Part shown: positions 49,260 to 60,298 of the stretch, piece by piece
Layout: every line of letters starts with the position of its first letter
Position numbering within the stretch: position 1 is the stretch's first letter
Origin: Anaeramoeba ignava BMAN
Taxonomy: Eukaryota; Protista; Anaeramoebae
Reading direction: 5' to 3'
Length of the DNA: 64,000 bases
Assembly (NCBI GenBank): GCA_028826165.1
Contig: JAPDFW010000090.1
Span: forward strand, 225,783 to 289,782
Translations under genes and position numbers: made by a program
The notes under the pieces: generated by a model
Told to the model about the DNA's origin: nothing
Seen by the model: the letters and a program-made list of their open reading frames with translations, nothing else
Database searches by the model: none

Positions 49260-51703
49260 TTAATTATCATTATCATCTTCATTTTCATCATTATCATCTT
49301 CATTTTCATTTTCATTTTCATTTTCATCTTCATTATAATTTTCATCTAAATTATCATTTTCATCTTCATTTTCATCTTCATCTTCATTTTCATCTTCATC
49401 TTCATTTTCAAAATCAATAGAAAATATTTCTTTTCCATAATAAACAACTCCAATTCCTCTTTTCCCATTAATTTCCATCTCAATTTCTTTCCCACTTCTT
49501 TGAACTAAATTTTTAAATTGAATTTCCCTCTTTTTCTCAAATTCAGAAACTAAATTCTCATCTTTTTCCAATTTTTGAAGAAAAGATTCATTTTGATCTA
49601 AATCGTGAAAAATAACATCTTCAATAGATAGAATCCCTACAAAATGCTTTGAATTTTTGCGATCAAAATAAAGAACTACAATAGATTTTTCATTGTAAAA
49701 TAAACAGCGCAATATTTGAAAATCAGATTCAAAAGGAATCAAAGCATAAGTAAATATTGAATCCAAAGAATCCAACTTGAAAAGAAGAATATTTTGTTGT
49801 GACTGAAAATCAATCTGAATAAGCAAAAAATTAAATTGAGAATTTTGGAAAAAAGCAAATTTTTTTTTGCCTTCAAAATTATTTTGAATATCAATTGATA
49901 TCGGGATTTTTGATTTGGTTTTGATTGATTGAGAAAATATTTTTCGAGGTTTTTCTGATAATTCATTGATATTTTCAGAAACAGAAGTTAAAAGTTGGTT
50001 TGTTTGCTCCACAAATTGATTTTCAATTTTGTTAATGTTTTGGATTCCCGAAGAAAGAAATTGAATAAGATTTTGAGTATTTTTGTTTTTTTCAAATTCA
50101 ATAATTGAAGTTTGTTGTGATTCCATTGATAAAGAATGAATAACAAATCCAATCCAAATGAAAAATTGAGATAAATTTTCTTTTTGAATCTGTATTTTAA
50201 GTTCAAATTGTTCAACTCTATTCAAAAGAAGTTTCATTTGTTGAACTAAAATATCGAGTAAAGATTCGGAAAGATTGATTGAATTCTCTCCAAACTTGAT
50301 TTTCCATAAAGAAAGGGTGTGAAGATGCTCAACTTTAAACATGATTAACTTATTAGAATGCTGTAAAAAATGCTGAAGAAGAAATAAAATTTCTGAATAT
50401 TTTGTTTCGATTGTATTCAAAATATTCTTCACACTTTTTTCTGAAAGTGAATGAAGCAAAAATTGTTTCAAAGAAGGTGAAGATTTTCCAATCGATAGAA
50501 GCATTAATAATTGAGTACTTATACTAATTTGTTCAGAATGATCTAGATTATGTTTTTTTTTTGTTTTTTGCCAGTTCAAATAATTGAGAAAAAAAAAAAA
50601 TTTTTTTTTTTTTTTTTTGATTAAATTTAAATATCAAACTTTTGTTTAAATTTTCAAGATCTTGGAAAAAATTTTCAGTTAAATTTGTTATAATTGAAAT
50701 TTTTTTTTCAATATTTTTTAAAATGAAAAAAGAATAATCAATAAAAGTTCTAATTTCCCACAATTCCTTAGCAAAAACAGAAAGTTCTAAATTAAACTTT
50801 GCCAAATGAACCAAATCAAACAAAACAAGATTTAAAGATTGTTGATTATTTTTAGCACAAGAAATTAAATATGAAAAATTATTTGAAATTGAACAACCCA
50901 AAATAGGAAATTGTGAATTGACTTCCAGAGCCACCATAATGCCGAAGGGAGACAGAAATATTTTTCCGTCCAAATCTCCACTAAGTAATAAATTGGACAT
51001 TTTGCCCAAATTCAAATAAATTGAATCTTTTAAGTTTGAGGGTTGGTCCACATCATTTTCAAAGAAATTCATGGCATTCAAATCAATAGATCGAAGTTTA
51101 GGCATAAAATATTTTGCTCCGTCTAATAAACTCTTTGTTTTATTTATTTGAACCTGATTTTTTTCTTCTAGTTCCATTTCTTTCCAATCAAGAAAACTGA
51201 CTGGAGCATTATGAGGTTTCATTGACCAAATTAAATTGCCAGTTTCAAGACTGAATATATTAATATTCCCATTTTTTTTGCCGATTGCAACCATTGTTCC
51301 TTTTTAATTCATGTAATGTTTTTTTTGTTTATGTTGGTTATTATGATGGATTATTGTGGTTTTATTTTTTATTCCTTTTAGAAAACCTTTTGGTTGCCAA
51401 GAAATGACAGAAATTTCTTCTTGTCTTTTTTCAGAATTCAAAGTGCAAATTTTAATAAAAGTTAAACGGAAAATATGCACTTGATTATCAGAGGTCGAAA
51501 TGGCGATTAGATCCTTTATATTATTGTTTTTGTTTTTTGTATTTTTTAACGAATTCATTTTCAGTTTTTATTTTTGTTTTTTTGTTTTTTTTTTTTCTTT
51601 CAATTTTTTTGAATTAATTTACTTTAGTTGGACAACATGAAACAATTATAGGTCTAATTGGTAACGTTTTTTCAGAAATAATACTAAAAGAATCACTTTC
51701 CAT
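49260..51703 (-). CDS. ANAPC4: Anaphase-promoting complex subunit 4 (716 aa); exons 51703-51623, 51513-51387, 51299-50640, 50542-49260
   Basis: SEKTLP...CCPTKDLIAISTSDNQVHIFRL...VISWQPKGTMVAIG (APC4 WD40 start) and QLLMLLSIGKSSPSLKQFLLHSLSEKSVKNILNTIETKYSEI (APC4 long helical domain). Confidence 0.85.
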
Positions 51704-51872
51704 TTAAAGAAAGAAAAAAAATGATTTTTGGATTTGATTAAAAAAAAGATTTAAAACAGAAAAATATTTTGTTTTATTTGCTTTTTGTTTGAATTATTTT
51801 CTTATTTAATTTTTTTTTTCATTTTTTTTCTTTCATCAAATTAAAAATAATTAAAAAATTAAAAAGAAAAAA

Positions 51873-54800
51873 ATGGGAAATTGTTGTAAAGATGAATTAC
51901 CAATTGAAGAAAAAAAATTATTATCAAGAGATAAAAAAATTGAACAAAGAATTCAAGAAGAAAAAAAAAAGCAATTTGAAGAAGTTAAAATTTTACTTCT
52001 TGGTAAAAAAAATAAAATGATTTTAAAAGAAAAAGAAGAAATTTTTCATTTGATGATCAAATTAATTTAATCAAATAAAAATTTATTTTGATTTATTTTA
52101 TTTATTTTATTAATTATTAGGTGCTGGAGAATCAGGAAAAAGTACTTTTTTTAAACAAATGAGGATTTTACAAGATGGAAAAATCCCTCAAAAAGAATTG
52201 GATTCATTTAAACCCTATATTTTTCAAAATTGTATTTCTCAAATGAAAACTTTAATTATTGCTGCAGAAAACTTAGGAATTCCTATTCAAAATATTGTAT
52301 TTTTTTTTGAGAATCAATAAATGAAATCAATTTTTCAATTTAATCTTAATTTGAAATTTTTCTTTGTTTAGGAAATTGTTGAAAAATTTCATCAAATTCG
52401 TTCAAATGATACTTTTTTGAATCAAGAATTGTCTCAATCTATTCATTTTCTTTGGAATGATCCAGGAATTCAAAAAGCTTATGAAAGTAGAGATATTCAT
52501 TTTCAATTAAATGATTCTGCATCTTAGTAAATTTAAAATCAATTTATTTCAATTTAAAATCAATTTAAAATCAATTTATTTCAATTTAAAATCAATTTAT
52601 TTCAATTTATTCCATATTTATTTCAATTTATTTCAATTTATTTCATATTTATTCCAAATTTATTTCAATTTATTTCAATTTATTTCATATTTATTTCAAT
52701 TTATTTCAATTTATTTCAATTTATTTCTATTTATTTCAATTTATTCCATATTTATTTCAATTTATTTCAATTTATTTCATATTTATTCCATATTTATTTC
52801 AATTTATTTCAATTTATTTCATATTTATTTCAATTTATTCCAATTTATTTCAATTTATTTCAATTTATTTCAATTTATTTTATTCCAATTTGTTCAATTT
52901 ATTTTGAGAATTTATTTCATATTTATTTCAATTTATTCCATATTTATTTATTTCATTTATTTATTTTTCAATTTATTTCCAAACAATTCAAATTGAATTC
53001 CAATTTATTTATTTAGTTAATTCTTTTCATTTATTTAATTGATTATTTCAAATTTACAATTTATTCCAGTTTATTTCATTTAAAATTTTTCAATTTATTT
53101 TTAATTTCAATTTATTTCATTTTTATTTCAATTTTTTGATTTCAATTTATTTAGATTTTGAGTTTTTAATTTTTTGATTTTAATTTTTATTTTATTTATT
53201 TATATTTTTATTATTTCATTTATTCATTTTATTTCAATTTCATTTTGTTAAATTTCTTCTTTATTTTCATTTATTTCAGTTATTTAGAGAAGATTTTCAG
53301 TTTGTTGTTAATAGATTAAATATTTAAATTTTATTCCAAAAGAAAAATTTAAATTTATTTTTTAATTTCAAAATTTAATTAGAATTTCATAAATTTATTT
53401 CATATTTATTTCATGAAATTTCAATTTTGTTTCAATTCATTTGGTTTATTTGTTCCATTTTTTCACATTTTATTCATTTTTTTAAATAAAAAGGATTTTT
53501 TCCATTTATTCCAAATTTTTAAAAATATTTATTTATTTTCATTTTATTTTAATTTATTTCAATTTATTCAAGGTTTTTCAAATTCAAATTTCAATTTATT
53601 TCAAATTCCAATTTATTTCAAATTTCAATTTTATTTCAATTATTTCAATTCATTTATTTATTTCAATTTATTTCAATTTATTTCAATTTATTCCATATTT
53701 ATTTCAATTTATTTCAATTTATTTCAATTTATTTCAATTTATTTCAATTTATTTCAATTTATTTAAATTTATTCCATATTTATTTCAATTTATTTCATAT
53801 TTATTTCAATTTATTTCATATTTATTCCATATTTATTTCATATTTATTTCAATTTATTTCAATTTATTTCAATTCATTTCAATTCATTTCAATTTATTTC
53901 ATATTTATTCCAAATTTATTTCAAGTTTTTTTGATAATATTTTGAGAATTGGAGATCCAAATTATGTTGTTAATCAAAAAGATGCTTTAATGTGTAGAAT
54001 CCAAACAAATCAAATTGAACAATGTAAATTTACAGTTAATTCTTTAACTTTTCTCTTAATTGATGTTGGAGGACAAAGAACAGCAAGAAGAAAATGGTTT
54101 CAATTTTGATTTTAATTTTGATTTTGATTTTGATTTTGATTTATATTTTAATTTTAATTTTAATTTTAATTTTAATTTTAATTTTGATTTTGATTTATAT
54201 TTTAATTTTAATTTTAATTTTGATTTTGATTTTGATTTTGATTTTGATTTTGATTTATATTTTAATTTTAATTTTGATTTAGATTTTGATTTTAATTTTG
54301 ATTTTAATTTTGATTTTGATTTATATTTTAATTTAGGATTCATTCATTCCAAAATGTAACTTCAATTATTTTTTGTGCTTCTTTATCAGGATTTAATCAA
54401 GTACTTAGAGAAGATACAACTGTTAATAGATTAAAAGTAAATTATTAAAAAAGAAAAAAATCTAAATTATTTTAATCCAAAAAAAAAAAATTTAATTAGG
54501 AATCAATAAGTCTTTTTCATGAAATTTGCACAAGTCCTTGGTTTATGAATTCTTCAATTATTCTTTTTTTAAATAAAAAGGATATTTTCAAATCAAAAAT
54601 TGAAAAATATGATTTATCTCAAGTTTTTAAAGAATATAAAGGTTTTTTTTCAAATTCAAAAAAAAGTGGAAAAAAAAAAATTGGATTGAAAAAAATATAT
54701 TTTTTTTTAAATTAGGAACTCCAAATAGTTACAAAGAAGGATTTGATTTTATTCGAGATCAATTTAAAAAAGCAAGTGAAATAAATTCAAAACAAGCAAG

Positions 54801-54915
54801 AAAACTTTATATTTTCAAAACTTGTGCAGTTAATTCAAAAAATGTTCAAAAAGTGTTTAGATCTATTGCAGATACTTTAATGAGACAAGCAGTGAAAAAT
54901 TTAAATTTAGTTTAA
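51873..54915 (+). CDS. Heterotrimeric G-protein alpha subunit (357 aa); exons 51873-52002, 52121-52296, 52372-52526, 53926-54096, 54337-54436, 54500-54641, 54716-54915
   Basis: MGNCC (myristoyl/palmitoyl), [55 protein letters not shown]. All six GT-AG introns keep the frame. Confidence 0.93.
52530..53920. repeat. 10-bp satellite (CAATTTATTT) in G-alpha intron 3, degenerate in its middle
   Basis: Direct reading. Confidence 0.85.
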
Positions 54916-55122
54916 CTTGATTCAAATTAATTCAAATCAAAATTAAATTCATTTTTTTTCATTTTTTTTTGTTGTTTAATAAAAAAAAAAAGAAAAATAT
55001 TTTTTTTTTACTTTTCGGGAAAATTATTTTTATTATTCAAAAAAAAAAGAACAGAAAAGAATTTGAATTTGAATTTGAATTTGAATTTGAATTTGAATTT
55101 GAATTTAATATTAATATTAATA

Positions 55123-56205
55123 TTAATATGATGTTCCATCAGGTGGTTGTTTAAAATTTTGATTTTCAGGTTTTAACATTTCAGAATGAAGAGCTTGCAA
55201 AACAGTTACAATTGTATATTCTTTTTTCCAATCTTTATCTAAAAGTGTAAATTTTGAAGTATCAATCTAAATAAAAAATGAAAGAAGATTTTAAGAAAAT
55301 TTAATTTATAAATTATAAATTAAATTGTAAATTAAATTCTAATTTTAATTCTAAATTAAATTCTAAATTAAATTATAAATTAAATTATAAATTAAATTAT
55401 AAATTAAATTATAAATTAAATTATAAATTAAATTGTAAATTAAATTGTAAATTAAATTCTAAATTAAATTCTAAATTAAATTATAAATTAAATTCTAAAT
55501 TAAATTATAAATTAAATTATAAATTAAATTATAAATTAAATTATAAATTAAATTGTAAATTAAATTGTAAATTAAATTCTAAATTAAATTATAAATTAAA
55601 TTATAAATTAAATTCTATAAATTAAATTATAAATTAAATTATAAATTAAATTATAAATTAAATTGTAAATTAAATTATAAATTAAATTGTAAATTAAATT
55701 CTAAATTAAATTATAAATTAAATTATAAATTAAATTATAAATTAAATTATAAATTAAATTATAAATTAAATTATAAATTAAATTATAAATTAAATTCTAA
55801 ATTAAATTGTAAATTAAATCCTAAATTAAATCCTAATTTTAAATCCTACTGTTCCATCAGAATTCACACAAGTCATATTAATTTTTGTTCTAAATTGAAT
55901 AATAGGTGGTTTTTCTGGATAATCTTCAACACAAACAATTTTTAAAGAATAAATTCTTGCATGATAAACAGTCTTTTTGATTTAAAACAAATGAAGAAAT
56001 TAAACTTAAAATTTAAAATGAAAATTCAAATGAATAAAAAGTTATTTTTTACTTTAATTGGTCCAATTATTGTTCCAAACCAATCAGTAAGTGTAAGATC
56101 TTCTGAATTATCAACTCCATAAGCAACACTTCCAATTGCTCCTTTTTCTCCAAGTTCAAGTTCATCTAATAAACGAAAATTTCTTGAAGATAATTTTGGA
56201 TTCAT
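55123..56205 (-). CDS. MMS2: Ubiquitin-conjugating enzyme E2 variant (UEV1/MMS2), 139 aa; exons 56205-56053, 55972-55850, 55266-55123
   Basis: [15 protein letters not shown]...VAYGV...[11 protein letters not shown]|[21 protein letters not shown]...TKINMTCVN...QPPDGTSY. Confidence 0.93.
55310..55840. repeat. 12-bp satellite (TAAATTATAAAT variants) in UEV intron 2
   Basis: Direct reading. Confidence 0.9.
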
Positions 56206-56340
56206 TTTTGAATTTGAAAAATAAAAAAATGAAAAATAAAATTTTGAATTTTTCTAATTGATTTATTTTTCAAATTATTTGAATTTTGTATTTTATTAAT
56301 TAAAAACAACAAATTTTTTAATTTCTAAATTTTTAAATTT

Positions 56341-59300
56341 TTAAATTTCATATTCTTCATCAGAATCATAACCTACTTCATATTCTTCATCTAAATTATA
56401 AACAAATTGTTCAACAAATTCATTTTCATTAATTTGTTCAATTTTTTGATTTTGATTTTGATTTTGATTTTGATTTTGATTTTTATTTTGATTTTGATTT
56501 TGATTTAAATTTTGATTTTTAATTTGATTTAAATTTTGATTTTGATTTAAATTTTGATTTTGATTTTGATTTTGATTTTTATTATTTTGATTTTGATTTT
56601 GATTTTGATTTTGATTTTGATTTAAATTTTGATTTTGATTTTGATTTTGATTTTGATTTTGATTTTGATTTTGATTTTGATTTAGATTTTGATTTCTGTT
56701 TGGAATAAATCGAGTTTGAGATAAATTTTTAAGCTTTATAAATTTAAAAAAGTTTTATTTTTAATAAATTATTTTTGATTTTTTAAATTTAAATAATAAT
56801 TTTTTAATATTAACTTTATTATCTTCTTCTTTAATAAAAATTTCATCAGGTTCATAATCAAAATTATCTTTTTTAAAATTTCCAACTTCACCAAGACTTA
56901 TTGAAGTAAGTTCATTATATTTAAATAATTTTGTTTGTTTATATTCATTCCATCTTTTATTTTCTTTTTTTAATTTTTTAAATTCTTTAAATAAATATTA
57001 ATTTTAAAAAAAATTGTTTTATTTTTATTTACCTTCTAACATTCTAAAAATATCTATATTATCTTCAGAATATTTAATAATAGCATTTGAAATTCTTATT
57101 AAATGATCTTTATATCCAACTTGACTAATTATTTTTTTAATTATTTTTTTTAATTTTTAAATTCATTTTTTCTTTTTGATAAATATAAATACTTTTTTTC
57201 TGATTGAAAATAAACTTCATTTATTATTTTTTGAATAATTTCACATTCATTAAATAAAAAATTTAAATGATTTTTTGAATCATCTTCTAATAAATCTATT
57301 ATTAAATCAGTTACTAAATTATGTAGGAAATTATTATATTTATATTCAAAGAATAAATTCTATTTCATTTTTTAAAATATAAAATTAAAATTTGTTTTAA
57401 ATTTTTTTTCTAAAATAAAAAATATACAATAATTATTTTTAAAACTTGATTTTGAATAAGTCCATTTTCTATAAATAAATGAGGAATTAAAAAAAGTTCT
57501 TTAAAAAATTGAATTATTGATAATCTTCTTAATCCAAAAGCTTCTATTTTTCCTGATGATAATTTGATAAGTTTTTCTTTTATCTTTAAAATTAAATTAA
57601 TTTTAAATTATTTTCAAATTATTTTCCAAATTGTTTTTCAATTTACAAAAAGTTGTCCTGAAAAATAAGATATATTATTATTTATAACATGAAAAAGTTC
57701 TGGAAGTTCTTTATAAGATTCATTTCCTGAAATTATCCATCCAATCATTTGTACTGATTTTTGAAGAATTCCTAATCCTTTAGAAAGCATTATTTTTGAA
57801 TTCTAAAAACATTGAATTTTTTTGAATTTTTTTGAATTTTGATTTTTTGGATTTTGATTTATTTGATTTTTAATACTTCTCCTTTATATTCATTCATAAG
57901 TTGTTCAAAAAATTGTTTTGATTTAACATATAAACTTAATTTATTATTTTTTGTTAAAGACATCATTATAATATTTTCTAAACATTGACTAATATTTGAA
58001 ATTTCCTAAATAAAAAATTTTTATTTTGAATTTAAAATCATTTCTTTTCCATTTTTTCCTTTAAAGATAAATTGATAAATAAATTTATTTTCATACTAAA
58101 TCTGTTGTTGAAAAATGGAGTCTTTTTATCATTTCAGTTACATAATTATTTTGCATAAAATACTAAATAATAATTTTAATAAATTTTTTTTGAATTTAAT
58201 TAAAATTATTTTAAAATTAAATACATTTGATATTTTTTCAGAAAAAAGATCATCATTTGAAATGTTTATAATTTCATTTAATATTAAAGAACAATTTGAA
58301 TCATTAATATGAACTAATAAACGTTGAATCACTTGTTTTTTTTGCAAAAGGTAATTAATTAACTTTTATAATAAAATTTAATTTTAAATTAAAATTAATT
58401 AAATTGAAATTAAATTTTAAATTAAATTTGATTTTGAATTTGAAATTGATTTAGAAATTGAAATTGAAATTAAATTTTAAATTGAATTTGAATTTTATTA
58501 TTGAATTTGAAATTGAATTTGATTTTGAATTTGAATTTGAAATTGAAATTTAAATTTGAAATTGAAATTGAATTTGAAATTGAAATTGAATTTGAAATTG
58601 AAATTGATTTTGAATTTGAAATTGATTTTGGATTTGAATTTGAAATTGAATTTGAAATTGAATTTGAAATTGAATTTGAAATTGAATTTGAAATTGAATT
58701 TGAAATTGAATTTGAAATTGAAATTGAAATTGAAATTGAAATTGAAATTGAATTTGAAATTGAAATTGAATTTGAATTTGAAATTGAAATTGAAATTGAA
58801 ATTGAATTTGAATTTGAAATTGAAATTGAAATTGAATTTGAATTTGAATTTGAATTTGAATTTGAATTTGAATTTGAATTTGAAATTGAAATTGAATTTG
58901 AAATTGAATTTGAAATTGAAATTGAAATTGATTTTGAATTTGAAATTGATTTTGAAATTGAATTTGATTTTGAATTTGAAATTGAATTTGAATTTGAAAT
59001 TGGAATTGATTTTGAATTTAAAATTGAAATTGAAATTGAATTTGAATTTGATTTTGAATTTGAAATTGAAATTTAATTTGATTTTGAATTTGATTTTGAA
59101 TTTGAATTTGAAATTGAAATTGAATTTGAATTTGATTTAGAAATTAAATTTGAAATTGAAATTGAAATTGAATTTGAATTTGAATTTGAAATTGAATTTA
59201 AATTTGAAATTGAAATTGAAATTGATTTTGAATTTGAAATTAAATTTGAAATTGAATTTAAATTTGTGAATTTGAAATTGAATTTGATTTAGAATTTGAA

Positions 59301-60186
59301 TTTGAAATTGAATTTGAATTTGAAATTGAAATTGAATTTGAAATTTGAAATTGAATTTTGAAATTGAATTTGAATTTGAAATTAAATTTGAAATTGATTT
59401 TGAAATTGAAATTGATTTTGAAATTGAATTTGAAATTGAAATTGAATTTGAATTTGATTTTGAATTTGAAATTGAATTTGAAATTGAATTTGAAATTGAA
59501 ATTGAAATTAAATTTGAAATTAAATTTGAAATTGAATTTGAAATTGAAATTGAATTTGAAATTGAATTTGAAATTGAATTTGAATTTGAAATTGAATTTG
59601 AGTTTCAAAATGTTTACTTCATCAGTTGATGTTGATAATAAACTGATTACTAAAGTTGCAAAATAACCAGAATAAACAGTTCCAATTGGAGGATCTTGAT
59701 CTAAAAATTGAAATAATTTATCCAATAAAGAAGAATTATTTGATAAAATTCTAAATATTGGTTCAAAAGTAATTTGAACTAATTGATTTGCAATAAAAGG
59801 ATATCTTAATTTAAAATTTATTTGGAAAAAAAAAAATTTAAGAACAAAATAAATTTTTTTTTTCGAATTTTTTTAATCAAAATTTTAATTTATTACTTAA
59901 TTCCATATTTTTGATTTCTTTGATATTCTTTTAAAGGAAGTAATAAACTAATAAATTGACTAATAATTTCTTTTGAAGACATACTAAAATTTTTTTTTAT
60001 TATTTAGATTTAAATTAATTAATTTTTTTTCTTAATTTAATTTTTTTTAAATTTTTTAATTAATTACAAATTTATTAATTTTTTTGATGAAAATTTGCAA
60101 GATTCAATAAAAGAATCTTCTTCAAATAATTCAACAAGCCAAGTATTTTGACTAGAAATTAATTTATCTATTGAATGAGAAATCAT
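56341..60186 (-). CDS. SAPS-domain protein (PP6/Sit4 phosphatase regulatory subunit-like), about a dozen exons
   Basis: LVELFEEDSFIESCK...KLINF, KYPFIANQLV, LLDKLFQFLDQDPPIGTVYSGYFATLVISLL, later AFGLRRL and YKYNNFLHNLV; acidic C-terminus, TAA at 56341. Confidence 0.85.
58380..59605. repeat. (GAAATT/GAATTT)n microsatellite filling a 1.2-kb SAPS intron
   Basis: Direct reading; source of spurious FEIE/LKLN ORFs. Confidence 0.9.
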
Positions 60187-60298
60187 TATTTTTAATAAAA
60201 AAAAAAGAAGAAAAAAAATGAAAAAAAAAATTTAAAAAAAATTATTTTCATTTTTTTTCTTTTTTTAAATTTAATTTTAATTTTAATAATTATTTTAA
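60187..60298. promoter_or_regulatory. 112-bp bidirectional promoter between the SAPS and myosin genes
   Basis: Head-to-head ATGs at 60186 and 60299, with outward-facing TCATTTTT at ~60220 (-) and ~60248 (+). Confidence 0.65.

Noticed and set aside
52045-52120. Intronic C/D snoRNA (TGATGA at 52051)
   Set aside because: No D box (CTGA) or terminal stem in this short intron.
12804-59666. Many long ILIL/FDFD/KIKM/FEIE/KLNL ORFs in the ORF track
   Set aside because: They are alternative-frame or antisense readings of hexamer repeats, or lie inside introns.
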